Assembly: GCA_964234715.1 (NCBI GenBank)
Contig: OZ174282.1
Strand: one strand, 5' to 3'
Origin: Podarcis melisellensis
Lineage: Eukaryota
Length of the DNA: 64,000 nt
Shown: positions 22,797 through 34,930 of the stretch, piece after piece
Layout of the letters: each line of letters begins with the position of its first letter
How positions within the stretch are numbered: the stretch's first letter is position 1
The notes under the pieces: generated by a model
What the model saw: the letters and a program-made list of their open reading frames with translations, nothing else
Databases searched by the model: none
What the model was told of the DNA's origin: nothing
Position numbers and translations under genes: made by a program

Positions 22797-24231
22797 GTAA
22801 GCACTCAAAGAGAGTGAAGTCAGTTGCTACTTTCCTCAAATAAGAACCTTGTAAATTGATGCTGATTGTCTGAGGCCATTAAATGCATTTTTTGAGTTTT
22901 CTTGCTTCAGGTGCTTTCCATGCATGCAATTGAATATTGCTGTTTGGTTTTAATTCTATTATATCTAAGGTTATTGATAATTATATTCAGGGGATGATGA
23001 CTTTGGTTTTAATTCTATGTGTTTTTGCCATGAGATTTTCAGATGAAGGGCAAATTATGAGCATGGTAATTAATAAATAAATGTCAGGCCGATTGGCTGT
23101 TGCTGCTGAGCCAAGAGCCACTTGCAGCTGCCCTTGCTGACAGAAAGGTCTGTTTGTCCCACCCAAGGCCCCTCCCTCTCAGTGCTTCCTTCTGCCTAGC
23201 AGGACTTGGTGGGGGTCTCCAAGCCCCCCAAGTTAATGAGTCACTGAGCTTTGGTGCATGCCAAGCTGTTTCTGAATTAGTGATTATCCTTCCTGTAGGA
23301 TTTTAATACAGCACTGTCACTGCCCTGACACAATCACTAAAACGGTTGGCTGGAGCCAGGTGGGGTGGAAGGGAATGGTTGGCACCTAACCTCAGGGCGT
23401 GTCCCTGCTGGGCTGTGAGCAGCCTGCCTGCCACAGCTCTTCCAGCTGGCACCGGCTGGTTTGAGGTGGATCAGTCTGCTCCGCAGTCAGAAGGTTTTTC
23501 TTGGTGTGGGTGCAGTGATGCTGCTGTGGTTGCGTGACTATCGCTCCATCTCACATGCCTGGCAACAGAGGGTGCCTGGATTGCAGCTGCCCTCCTAGAC
23601 CCCACTGGTCCTAACTAGCTACAGGTAGATCCATGTCTGCAGGGGGAGAGCCAAGGATTACATGAGACACCCAGAGTGTTAAAGGGCAGGTGAGGAAAAG
23701 GATGTTTGCAGAGAGCTGCTATCCAAGCAAGCAAAGAGGCTGTGTTGACTGCTGGGCTCCTGCTTGGGACCTTACACACAGCAGAGAGTCCTGGCTGTCA
23801 TGCAATGACACAAGGATGGGTAGTGAATCCCCCCAAGAGGCTGTCTGAGGTTCGCATTGCCAGCGCAGCCAGGGGTGTTGGGAGCTGGATTCTAGCAATG
23901 TCTGGGCACCTGTCACTCACCCACAAAGGGTCCCTGTCTCTACACCAAGAGACACGGAGTGGAATTTGGGTGCTGGTCAGGCCCCCCTGGAATCCTGTGT
24001 CCAATTCAGGGCACCTCAGTTTTAGAAGGACATGACTGACTTTTATTCATATTTCTACTCTGTCCTTCACCATGCTAAATACACAACAAATTAAAACAAC
24101 ATATAATGCAAAGCTTCAGTTAAACAGCTGTTGGAAATAATACCTCTAAAAATGGTGGAACATTCCCTTCTTTATTCTCCACCCTCAAGGAAGGACCTCC
24201 TGGGCAACACAAGGCACTTCATATAAATAAA

Positions 24232-24315
24232 TCATAGAACCATGGAATTGCAGAGTTGGAAGGGACCACAAGGGTCATCTAGTTCAACCCTCTGCAGTGC
24301 AGGAATGTTTTGTCC
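24232..24315 (-). mobile_element. CR1 extreme 3' terminus
   Basis: AATCATAGAACCATGGAATTGCAGAGTTGGAAGGGACC...GGTCATCTAGTTCAACCC is the reverse complement of the CR1 hairpin + (ATTCTRTG)n tail also seen at 63535. Confidence 0.7.
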
Positions 24316-24849
24316 ATAATCCTGAGGTTGAGTCTTGTGCTCTACCAACTGGACTGGTCCATGGAAGATGTACAGTGATGCAACCAAGCACACCTCACAG
24401 GAGACTGATTCTGAGTCTCTTCTGAAGAGGGTGGTGTGGATTCAGTGGGGGTGGTGGTCTGGGAGAGTCCTGTGAGGGTTAGTTGAAAGAGCTGCTGAGC
24501 ATGTTGATCCTGGAGAAATGAAGGTTGCAGGGAGACACAAGGAAGGGAGTCTCCAAAGGGCTCTGAAGTCTGTGAGAAAGTGGAGCAGGCTTCTTTCTTT
24601 CTCTTGCTCTACAGCAGGGTGGGGTGGCTAAACCCCAGTCTGAGGCCTGATCCAGCCCTGCCCATGGCCAATTTTCCTAACCCCCCCCCACAGCCCACAA
24701 TTTGACAGCAGTAGGAAAAAGAAAAAATAGACACACAGTGCTTCAGTGGGGGATGCCGTGCCCTATTTTTTTTTTTTGCTTGCAGGGAGTCATCAGATTG
24801 ACAAGTAAAGAGAGGGTGAAGGGTGATAACTCCCCCTTCTCAGCTGATA

Positions 24850-24851
<2 letters not shown>

Positions 24852-24885
<34 letters not shown>
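24852..24885. repeat. (GT)17 microsatellite
   Basis: Direct read of the sequence. Confidence 0.95.
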
Positions 24886-24887
<2 letters not shown>

Positions 24888-25658
24888 GTAAATGAGGGTG
24901 TTGGGTGGCCATGCCCACCCTGGCACATGCAGACTCCAAAAGGTAGCCAGAGGATGAATGTGGTCCTCTTGTTCACCTCTCTTGCTCTAAATGGTAGGCC
25001 TAGAACTAACAGGTGGCAACAGCAAAGAGGTGGATTTCCTTGAAATGTGTTGAGTCACTTGCCGCTGTTTGACTGTGGCGCAGGAGGTAGAGGACTCTCT
25101 TCCATTGGTGAAGCACTGCGTCTGTTCCATACCCATAAACAACTCCTCCTCCTCCAATGATAGAAGGGAGCCTCAAATAGGGCCGTTTCCTGCTTGCTGC
25201 ATCAAATGGATTTGTGCAAAGGAGTGGCACTTAATTCCTCAGTTTCTCCCTGTGCCACGCAGTGTTGTCAAGTCCAACACAGATGTGGCGGCTGTTTTGG
25301 TCCAGTAGCCTCCTACTTGTCCAGTAAAGGGAGCAAGTAAGGGAGGCACTGGGGTAACTTACGTTAGGCAGCGGCTGCTGAGGCTTCTCCATTTTGTCTC
25401 TGCACTGGATGAATTCTGGGGTTGGGTGGAAGATGCTCTGGATTCCTGTCCCTACAGCATTTCTCCTTCAAAAACACTGATGAAACAGGCGGGGTAGGGC
25501 AGAGGCCAAGGAGCTGCCCCTCTCCTTGGTTGCACCTTCACCATTTGGTACCTCCTGTGTGCAGAGCAGCCCTTGTTCCTCCTTGTTGATGTGACTGTGT
25601 TCTTCTTGGGCTCTGACAGGCTCACTGACTCTTCTTGTGTCGCTTTGGTCCCCCCCAG

Positions 25659-25736
25659 GCTTACCTTGAGTCCTTCTACAAGTTCTGCAAAATCCTGGGC
25701 GGCACAACAGCTGATGCCATGTGCCCCATCTTGGAG
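25659..25736 (+). CDS. ATP6V0D1: V-ATPase subunit d1, exon 5
   Basis: ccccAG|GCT; [26 protein letters not shown]; donor GAG|GTAGGA; 78 nt. Confidence 0.97.
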
Positions 25737-26251
25737 GTAGGAGCCAGCTGGCAGCCCCCTTGCCTGCTTTTGTGTGGGGCCAGCCAGCAGAGAAACTCCT
25801 GCATTGCCTGTCTCTCTACCTTCTGCCACAGCCTAGCCAAGAATTCCCTCTTCAAAAGGCTGTTCTGTCCCTTTTGGGAGGGGTCTGCCAAAGTTGCAAC
25901 TGAAACCTTTTCTGGAAGCTATCAGGGCTCTTAATTTGGCCACAGCAGGGATATATTTGAGTTGAACTCTTCCTCCTTTCACCACCCCTTGCTTCTTTAC
26001 TTAATATATATGGCTGCCCCCCCCCTCCCCATTTAAGGATACATTAGAAACGTTTAAAGATGCTGGTCAGATCCCACTCTTAGTCCCTTTTTTCCTGCAG
26101 ACAAAAAGTTGGTAGGAGGGGATGCAGCCTTGCTGGGAGCCCTGGAGGTCTTGCTGGCCTCTGCCGCCCGCTTTGGGGGGGGGGCAGTGCTGGTGCTGAG
26201 CTCCTGCTGCCCTTTCTAACACTGCTAACCTGCCCGTCTCTTTCCTTGCAG

Positions 26252-26428
26252 TTTGAAGCTGACCGAAGAGCCTTCATCATCACCATCAACTCCTTTGGCA
26301 CAGAGCTGTCCAAGGAGGATCGTGCAAAGCTCTTCCCCCACTGTGGAAAGCTCTATCCAGAGGGCCTGGCTCAGCTGGCCAGGGCAGATGACTACGAGCA
26401 AGTCAAGGCAGTGGCTGACTACTACCCT
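26252..26428 (+). CDS. ATP6V0D1: V-ATPase subunit d1, exon 6
   Basis: ttgcAG|TTT; [59 protein letters not shown]; donor CCT|GTAAGC; 177 nt. Confidence 0.97.
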
Positions 26429-27298
26429 GTAAGCTTCCTGCCTCTGAGCTGGGCCTGGGGCAGGGGGGAGGAGGACAATGTACAGTGTAGTATTTGGGGG
26501 TGGGCAGGCATGTTTTGTTTCTGGGGCGATCACGTGGTTGTTCAGTCCTCACCCATAGGCAAAGGGTACCCAGGTGTCAGCAGCGGACTGTGGCTTCAGT
26601 GATCAGGCTATTAACACGGAACGTTTTGGAGCTTTGAAAATGGGGATAAATCTCCCTCCTTGTGTCACTCTCCACATTTTTGTCACACTCCTCCTTCCTT
26701 GTATCCCATAAGAGGGTTGACCAGAGCAGCTTATAGCATGACCTTCCCAGGGGCTGCTTTCTGCCAGGGGTGGTGAGTCTGAAAAGTCCACTTTTTTTTG
26801 TCATTAGTACTGCACTTTCCTAGCTTTCAAGCTGCAGTATCGTGTCTCTCCCCCCGCTCCCAGCAAGCCTAGTGCTTTAACCTTCACTACTGATGGAGGA
26901 GCAACACCTCCCCCCATCAAAGCTCCATTTTTGTGTCAACCTCTAATGAACTTGACCTTCAAAACTTGCTAATATTTCAATTGCTTTTCAGTGTAAACAC
27001 CCCCTCCCCCAGCCCTGGTGTGTTCCTCCCTCCCTCTCTATCCCTCCTCCTCTCTTTAGCTGCAGGGCTCTTCTTTCCCTTTTCCTGCAGCCACTTCATA
27101 CATGGCGGTGTTGCTGCCTTGCTACTTCTTGTGCTTTCTAAAGTCACACACCCCACCCCAGGATCCACCCTCCTTTCAGCTTTCTTCTCTGGCCCCAGTA
27201 GGGAGCAGTGATGGCATTCTGAGCTTGTTTCATTTCATGCTTGTCGAAAGGCTGATCCCTTGCTTGACTCGTCCTGTAACAGCTTTTCTCCCCCACAG

Positions 27299-27376
27299 GA
27301 ATATAAGCTGCTGTTTGAAGGAGCTGGTAGCAACCCAGGGGACAAGACTCTTGAGGACCGATTCTTTGAGCATGAG
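27299..27376 (+). CDS. ATP6V0D1: V-ATPase subunit d1, exon 7
   Basis: ccacAG|GAA; [26 protein letters not shown]; donor GAG|GTGAGC; 78 nt. Confidence 0.97.
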
Positions 27377-28453
27377 GTGAGCAGGCTTCCCTTGCTTATC
27401 AGGTGCTTTGATTGCACTACAAGCTCGACTAGCCCCGTGAACACGGTGGGCAGGGCGTTTGGAGACTCTCTGCCCTGATGATTCACTTCCCCAGCATGAG
27501 GTCAGCAAGGAGTCTCTCTTGAAAGCTTCCCCAACACATCCACTGTTGCATTTGTTTCTGCCTTGTATGCATTTGTCCCAAGCCAGCCAGCTACTTTGCA
27601 GCTGCTAGCGCTGTCCTTGGCAGCCAAGAGGAAGCTGACAGCAGGGAGCACCTCCCCCCCCCCACCCCAACTGACTCAGAGTGTGGAAGGAAGCAGCCGC
27701 TACCAATACCAACCAGGGCTAGGCCACTCTGAGATTGCTGGGCCTGGTCCCTGCCTTAACTGAATGCCACAGGTCTGGTGGGTAAGGCACCGTTATGCCA
27801 AGGAGGCATTTATTCTGTCTTGACTTGCTGAGATCAGACAAGCATGAATGGCCGTGGGGCTGACAAGGAGCACAGAAGCCTGAGCACTCTGTGCAGGAGC
27901 CACAGCCCTCTGGCTTTGCTGCTGACTTCCTCTGGTCCTCATCCACTGAGAACTTTTGAGGTCAAAACCAGCCCTTGAAATTGTGCCTGGGAACCAGCAT
28001 AGCTGGCAAAGATGATGCATCTCCCAGTCCCAGGACCATAATTTTGCTGCCCTACTTTCACCAGCTGCAGTTTCCCAAGTGTCCTTCAAAGCAGCCCCAA
28101 GCACTGAGGGTTGTACTAACCTGGGCAAGGCATGAACCAGCATGCAGCACAGATGACAGTGGCCAAGCACTCGTATGTCTAGGAGAGGCTTCTGTTAGCC
28201 CATCAGACTAAGCTGGTGTGAATGTGTCCAGGGGGGTTCTGTTCTGTGTATTCTTCTCACCAGCTAATTTCCTCTTGCAGAGACACAGAGCAGGTTCCTG
28301 GGGCTAGCTTGGATCCTGTCTGTGGGCCCCTTTCTCCAGAGGGGAGAGTGGTGTGACTTTCCTCCTAACTGGCTGGGTGTTGCTGTGAAATGCTTGCACG
28401 GAAAGAGCAGCTGGCAGGACTGTGTTTGCTCACCTGGTATCTGCTCTCAATAG

Positions 28454-28615
28454 GTGAAGCTGAACAAGCTGGCTTTCCTGAACCAGTTCCACTTCGGTGT
28501 CTTCTATGCTTTTGTGAAGCTGAAGGAGCAAGAGTGCCGCAACATCGTCTGGATTGCGGAGTGCATCGCCCAGCGCCACCGGGCAAAGATAGACAATTAC
28601 ATCCCCATCTTCTAA
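28454..28615 (+). CDS. ATP6V0D1: V-ATPase subunit d1, exon 8 (last coding exon)
   Basis: caatAG|GTG; [53 protein letters not shown]. Joined CDS is 1062 nt = 353 aa + stop. Confidence 0.97.
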   Translation: MKLNKLAFLNQFHFGVFYAFVKLKEQECRNIVWIAECIAQRHRAKIDNYIPIF

Positions 28616-29840
28616 ACCCTTCTCTCCTGCCCGGCCAAGTCCACAGGTTCCTCGCCTCCCTTCCCCCAAGTTCCAGACCTGGATGTAGCTTTCCGAGGGA
28701 CCACCGGGAGGAGCCTTTGGGGTCTTGCTGGGCCATGGGGGGGGGTCTGCCTCCTTGCTCATTAACGTGTCACTGTATGTGCTTTGTGTAGATCAGACTA
28801 GATAATTCAGTATTACTAGAAGTTTACTGTCCTCCAAAGGAGGGATTCTGGGTGTTTCTGAGGGTCAGCAGGAACGCTGTGCCCTCATGCAACACTTTGG
28901 TCGGCCAGCACAATGTCATGCGAGCAGTGAAGAGATGTGTTTGTGTTGTGTCGACTGTGAGCATCTGCTTGTCTTTGCACAACTTGAGGCTTCGTTGTAC
29001 TGCATCCTTCAGCCGACTCTACTCTCCTGGCTCTTCTCTCTGAAAGTTTGGGAAGTCCAGCTCTGCAAAGGGCACAGGGCTGGGGGAGTCCTTGGAGCTC
29101 TGCCATTGCAGCAGCTCTTCATAGGAAGCCACAACCACTCAGTGGGTTTAAGGCATGTTTGTGGAACTTCCGCTTCTGAGACAGTCCCCTGGATTTGGCA
29201 CAGCCTCCTTCCCTGTGGTGCTGGCTTTGGAGCATCCTGCCCACTTACTAGGCAAAGCAGCGATATCTGTGGCTGCACATGCCTCTCTGCGAGTGGCAGA
29301 GCAGTTTGCTTGGCCAGCCAGTTCCCTGGAGCTGTTTTGCAAGCAAGGCTCCTCCCCACCCGCACTTGGAAGAATGGCCAGGACTCCTAAAGAGCAGCAA
29401 CCACTTGGCCTCATCAGGGAGCTCCCCTACCCCAGGTGCTGTGGTGGGTCTTCCCCCGGCCCTCTTCAGGGTATGGGGCTTTTGCTGTGAGTTGCACTGG
29501 TCTCAGGTCCCAGCCCTTTCACTGCAGAAAAGCCGTCCTTCCTTCACCCAGCCTGCCAGCCCCCGGCCCTTCCCATGCAGCCAGCAGGCTCCAGCCTCTT
29601 TGCTTGCAAGCACTTTGGGAAGGTGTTCCTGGGCTGTGCCTCTTTTCATAGGGGGGCTGACTCTCAGTTCCTTTGTATGTGCAAAGTAAGTGGCTGCTGG
29701 GTGGGGAGGCTTTTCTCTGGCTGGTGTGGATGGAAAGAGGCTGTTTCAATTCTCCTTCCAAATGAGTCACCTTGGCTCCATGGTATATGACCCCTCAAGA
29801 GTTTCGCTTGCTGTTCATTACCTTTCTGTTAAACTGTGAC

Positions 29841-29846
29841 AATAAA
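29841..29846 (+). terminator. Candidate ATP6V0D1 polyadenylation signal AATAAA
   Basis: First AATAAA I could find downstream of the stop, giving a 3' UTR of about 1.2 kb. Confidence 0.55.
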
Positions 29847-32134
29847 TTATTTCCCCAAATGATTGCAGCGCTCCGCTGGTTTGTCTTGGCCCTCTGAGAA
29901 GCAGCCCCTTCCCGTACAGGGTCTGAGATGCTTGGCAATTTCTAGCAGGGGGATGTGGTTGTGCTCCCTGCCCCAGGACTTTTCAGATGGATCAGAAGCC
30001 CTGAAACATCCACAGAATTGCTGTGAGGAGCAGAGGTCTGACACACGGAAACATGCTGCAAAATCCCCCACAATGCTCAGGGGTTCTTTGGTGGGTCAGT
30101 GGACAGAATAGAACCTCTACTGGTGGGAAGCAAGGCAGCCACTGCTCTGCACCTCATGAGGGCCAGATGACTTTACTTTCTGCCTGCCTCCCACCATACA
30201 AATGCAGAATACAGGTGATGTGTTCTTATCTGTGGTGTCTCCACATTAAAGTGGGGCTGAGGAAGCAGCAGCCCTCTAGGTCTTGGGACTGCAAGTGGCA
30301 TTACCCAAGTCTTCATCACTGGCTAAGGCTGAAGGAAGTGCCAGGACATGCAGAAGGGCTGGGTGGATGCTTCATGCTGCCCTATGTGTGTTAAGAAGTT
30401 GTTTGTTTTGTTACATCTTTATTTATCTCTTCCTGTGTCTTCCCCTTAGGAGATCCAGACAAGTTTCATGGCAGTTGTGTGAAGGATAGGCTGAGTGTGA
30501 CTAGGGGGTAGGGAGCCCCGGGGTGGTGGTGGATCTGGCTTGGCCCCTTGGCTCCAGCCTGCACGAGGCCCCTACTACTCTGCAGCCCCAGGACCTATGT
30601 AAGGTTGCCAGCGGCAGGTCCCCCCTGAGCTGAGACAGGGTTTTCTGCACACTGCCTGGATGTGCACTGTCTGCCTCTGCCACCATCTGGAACAAAGCAC
30701 TTTCTCTGACATGACCCGACTCACTTAGCTTCCCCCAGGACATCAAGATACACAACCAAAGTATGAAGTAACCATTTTAATTTATTTCCAAGTGACAATC
30801 GTGACCTTGTTCTTCGTGACAAGATTTGTAGGCCATCTGCCTGGGAGTCCCTGCCCTCTTCTGGAGGCAAGGAGAGGCCCCCTTTGGGGAGGCCTTTTTG
30901 GCTCAGTTCCTGCATGGCGATGAGGCTTGAAGGACAGAAGAACAGCAGGTTTGCTGCTGCAGCAGCAGCAAGAAAACGCCCAGCATCCTTGAGGTCAGCC
31001 GCAGGAATGAGAGGTACTAACAAGATCCACACAAGCAGCGTTCTATAATGTGTTGCATTCATTTGCACAAATACACAACAATTTGTGAAATTGGGTGATC
31101 CCCCTCTTGTCCCCAAATGTTTAAGGTTGATGCTCCAAATGAGCAGACACCAGCGACTATGATGAATACTTGGGTGCTGCTGCTGCAAGCAGTTCCAGCC
31201 ACAGGCCCCTTCAGCCTTCTCACATGGCCCCCAGCTGAGCAGAGGCTCCAAGCCCCTTCAGTTGAACACATGTAGAGAAGCCCCTTTGGACATACATGCT
31301 GTTCTACATACTTTGAACCCTTACCAGGCTACAAATTACACCATTTAATCTCCCATGATCTCAAGGGTCCAAAGAAGCAGTTATTTTCATCCTTCATAGG
31401 TTTTACCTTCACCTTCGATCTGGCTATGGTGCAATTTGGCTACAGCTAATATTAGCAAAATATTTCTTTGGCTCATACAGCTATTATTACACTGTAATAT
31501 TACAACAAAAGTAAGGGCTGGTCATTATGGGATCTTGACACAAGTAAGGTGGCAATCCTAGTCACGTCTACTCAGAAGTAAGGCCTACTGAATTCAGTGG
31601 GGCTTACTCTCAGGTAAGTGGGGTTCAGCCTGAACCCTTATACAGACACAGTAAAACAGGGTTTCAAGCTGGCCAGATTTTTATTTTTATGTAAGCAACT
31701 TTGCTGCAGGCATGCTGCCTCTTTTTTCCTCCCTGCGTTGGTGGAATGAAAGGTGTTCATCTTGCTCTAGACCAAACAACCTTGAATTACTCTCCTTAAA
31801 CAAGCTGTGCTTTAATGTTGCTTATAGTTCGTTCTTCTTTAGACATTAATTGTTCACCTTTAAGATTACAGTTTTTGGTCACAGATCCCAGAAATGTAAA
31901 TGGCCCAATCCATAGAGGTATTGACAAAAGTTCTTGGAAATGAGAACTAGCAGCTATTAAAACATAAGTTACTAGGACAAATTGTCAGCTCCTAAAATTC
32001 TTTGGTTGCAAAGGAGGTCAGCTGGTGGGCCTTCCAAGTGCCTGGAAGTTGCCCTCTGTAGAGACTTATTAGCCCTACTATTCTGTAGGGCTAAAATTCT
32101 GTAGAGTAAAATCAGACTTGGAAATCTTGGAATA

Positions 32135-32371
32135 CAGTCGTACCTTGGTTGACAAGCATCTTGCAACTTGAAAGTTTTGGCTCCAAAATGCTGCAGACCC
32201 AGAAGTGAATGTTCTAGTTTGCAAACGTTCTTTGGAACCTGAATGTCCAACATGGCTTCCGATTGGCTGCAAGAGCTTTCTGCAGCCGATCAGAAGCCAC
32301 ACCTTGGTTTCTGAATATTTTAGAAGTCAAATGGACTTCTGGAATGGACTCCATTTGACTTCCGAGGTACC

Positions 32372-32375
<4 letters not shown>
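32135..32375. mobile_element. Tc1/mariner MITE followed by a (TG)n tract
   Basis: TA|CAGTCGTACCTT ... GAGGTACCACTG; the right flank runs straight into (TG)n. Confidence 0.75.

Positions 32376-32414
<39 letters not shown>
32374..32414. repeat. (TG)~20 microsatellite
   Basis: Direct read of the sequence. Confidence 0.95.
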
Positions 32415-32422
<8 letters not shown>

Positions 32423-32738
32423 GAACTGATCTGCTTTACACCTGAGACTGTGGAGCAGAATAAATGAAATAAATGAAAACTGGGGTGGGGTGGGTGTTTT
32501 TTTGCATGCAGGCAATCTAAAATTACAACTCAATATTTTTTGCCCATTATATGTGGATCCAAGGGAGTAAAACCTTGTTAACATATGCTGCCTCAGTATT
32601 TGGATAAAACACAAGCTATTAATTTTGGATAAAATTAAGCTATTAATTGATAATCAGTTTTGTATTATTTACTCAGTGGCTACTGTTTCCAGAGCTGCTA
32701 AGAAACTAGGTGTGCATTTTTTTAATATCAAAAAATAC

Positions 32739-32744
32739 TTTATT
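32739..32744 (-). terminator. Candidate HSD11B2 polyadenylation signal AATAAA (TTTATT on +)
   Basis: About 660 nt past the HSD11B2 stop, in AT-rich sequence. Confidence 0.45.
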
Positions 32745-33404
32745 GATTGAACTGAGTGATTCAAATAGGTACCAATTATGGCTGATATAGATTCTTAATT
32801 ATAATACTTTGATTTTGCTCATGATTGCTATGGTGACTATTGTTAATGAATATTACCATGCTTGTGCCGGGGGTGGGGTGGGGGGGTGCTACATACAGAC
32901 TGAGAAGCTGGAAAGGCCTTTGGCTATTTGCAGTGAAGAAGACACGGTACAGTGAGGAGACATGGCATTGGCTCAGCTGAAGTTTACAGAGAGGTATATC
33001 ACAAAGCTGAGGTATGGTGAAGCCCTTTCACTATCACTTAGCAGCAGCAGCAGCCATCTCCTTTGGCACAAAGAGGGAGAGAAAAGCCAGCCAGGAATTG
33101 GGAGGGAGGGGTTCACTTGCCACTGGTAACTTCCCCCTTCCCCAAATGCAACAATCATTGGTCTCAGTAGGGCTTTTCTAGCACTCTGTTCATTGAAGCG
33201 AATGGGTCCCAATCCCACCATCTTCCTATAATTTTAATGCTCACTTAGGAAAAAGGCATTAATGGCTGGGTAGCAGCAATGGCTGCAGCTTGTCCTCTCC
33301 CTGCACTGACACAAATGAGCTGGTGCATTTTCAGTAGAAACACCTTAAGCAGCTACTCTGGGCCTTGAAGTCTTTCCCAGGTGCTTTCTCTGCCAAGTTG
33401 CCCT

Positions 33405-33766
33405 TCACTGTTTCCGGGGGCTGTTGCAAGGCTTTGGCTGGCGCCCTCTGGGCAACTTTGGGTTGATGAAGAAGGCTTTGAGGAAGAGGTTGCGGATGGT
33501 GTGGGGCAGGTAGTGGTGGATGAAGTACATGGGGCCCAGGCCTCTCCCCGGGTAGTATTTCACCAGAGGCCTGGTAGACAGGAGGCCGTCCACGATGCTC
33601 TCCACGACTGAGCTGAGGTCCTCCACAGCAAACTTCATGGAAGCAAGAAACTGCCTGTTGATGTCTTCCAGGTATTCTTCTCCATAGGCTTCCAGGAGTT
33701 CAGGGGATAGAGCTGCCAGCAGCTGAGCCTTCCTTTCTTTCCAATAAGCATGATTACAAGAACCAT
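33405..33766 (-). CDS. HSD11B2: 11-beta-hydroxysteroid dehydrogenase type 2, exon 5
   Basis: ctttgcAG|AT; (D)GSCNHAYWKERKAQLLAALSPELLEAYGEEYLEDINRQFLASMKFAVEDLSSVVESIVDGLLSTRPLVKYYPGRGLGPMYFIHHYLP...RKQ*; 362 nt. Confidence 0.95.
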
Positions 33767-33962
33767 CTGCAAAGAATAGACAGGTGGGGGGGGAGTAAGA
33801 GATTTCTTAAGAACCTATTTGGTAGGTGGTGAGGAGGCCATGATGGGTGTAGCCCATGTAGCTTATACAATTCCTTCATCCTGGAGTTTGGTATCTAGTG
33901 CAAAATTTGGCCTCCCCAGAATCTCAGCTTCCACTTAAGGCATGTTTCTAGTCCTTATGACT

Positions 33963-34088
33963 ATCTGTGTATCTGAAGAAGTGTGCATGCACACGAAAGC
34001 TCATACCAAGAACTAACTTAGTTGGTGCTACTGGAAGGAATTTTTTTTGTTTTGACTATGGCAGACCAACACGGCTACCTATCTGTAA
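33963..34088 (+). mobile_element. Penelope-like retroelement terminal fragment with 9-bp TSD
   Basis: Flanked by CTTATGACT at 33954-33962 and 34089-34097. Body CTGAAGAAGTGTGCATGCACACGAAAGCTCATACC...AGACCAACACGGCTACC resembles Penelope-like pseudo-LTR ends. Confidence 0.75.
33969..34006 (+). ncRNA. Minimal type-I hammerhead ribozyme motif
   Basis: Stem I GUAU/AUAC; core CUGAAGA; extra A; stem II GUGUG-caug-CACAC; GAAA; palindromic AGCU helix III; NUH = CUC with predicted cleavage after 34002. Confidence 0.65.
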
Positions 34089-34930
34089 CTTATGACTGAA
34101 GTGAAACTTGAAAAAATAAGGGCAGTGTTTGGAACAATTTCCAAAGCCACAGCATGAGCCAAGCAACAAGACAGCATTTCCTCGTGTTTCCTTGCTCCTC
34201 CCATTTGGATCTTGCGAATGAAATGAATAATAGCAGTTAAATTGAGCCAGGTTGGAGCAGTTGATGGGACACAAGAAGCAGGAATCACGCATTGAGAGGA
34301 GAAAGAGAGAGAGAGTTAGCCCCAAGTGATGCCCAGGAGGGGCCTCTCCAAGTTACAGCAACAAGGCAGATGGGACATTTATTTGTTCTTTTACTTTTAT
34401 TTTAGTTTGCTTATAGACTATTTACTATTATATTAAGTATCTCAAAGTGGTTGTCAGTAAGGGCTTCAGAGGGAGGGGTCAAAGCCAATCCTCCAAGTGC
34501 AAATGTATCTGTAAGAGAATGAACTGGCAGCTCCTTGTGGTGTGCAAAATTCCCACTGATGGATCCTGCACTCTTGGCACTATACTCGGTACCTCTTCCA
34601 CCACACTCATGAAGGTGCCGGAGGAGCTGCCTCTCCTGGCTCTGTCTTCCTGTTTCCCTTCCCTAAAGACTCCTTTGGTTCTTTCCCTGGATTTGGTAGC
34701 TCTGGGGAAGAAATCTTGGCTGGGTGTATTCTAGAAGCATCACTGCACACCTAAAGAGTAAGGGAAGCCCCACACCCAGGCTGTGCTACGCCTGGGACCC
34801 CCCCCCCCAATAATTTCAGTTTCCTTGGAACCTGCGAAACAGAGCAAGTCCTCAGCAGCGGACAAGGAAAAGACACATTATCCCACCCACCCACCCTGTG
34901 CACTGCCAGCGGTCCCAGTCATTCTCTTAC

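Noticed and set aside
30721-31251. 176-aa ORF between ATP6V0D1 and HSD11B2
   Set aside because: No canonical ATG start, no homology-like motifs, no splice or promoter support.
31289-31306. Possible glucocorticoid response element CATACAtgcTGTTCT
   Set aside because: Only one perfect half-site; expected by chance in 64 kb.
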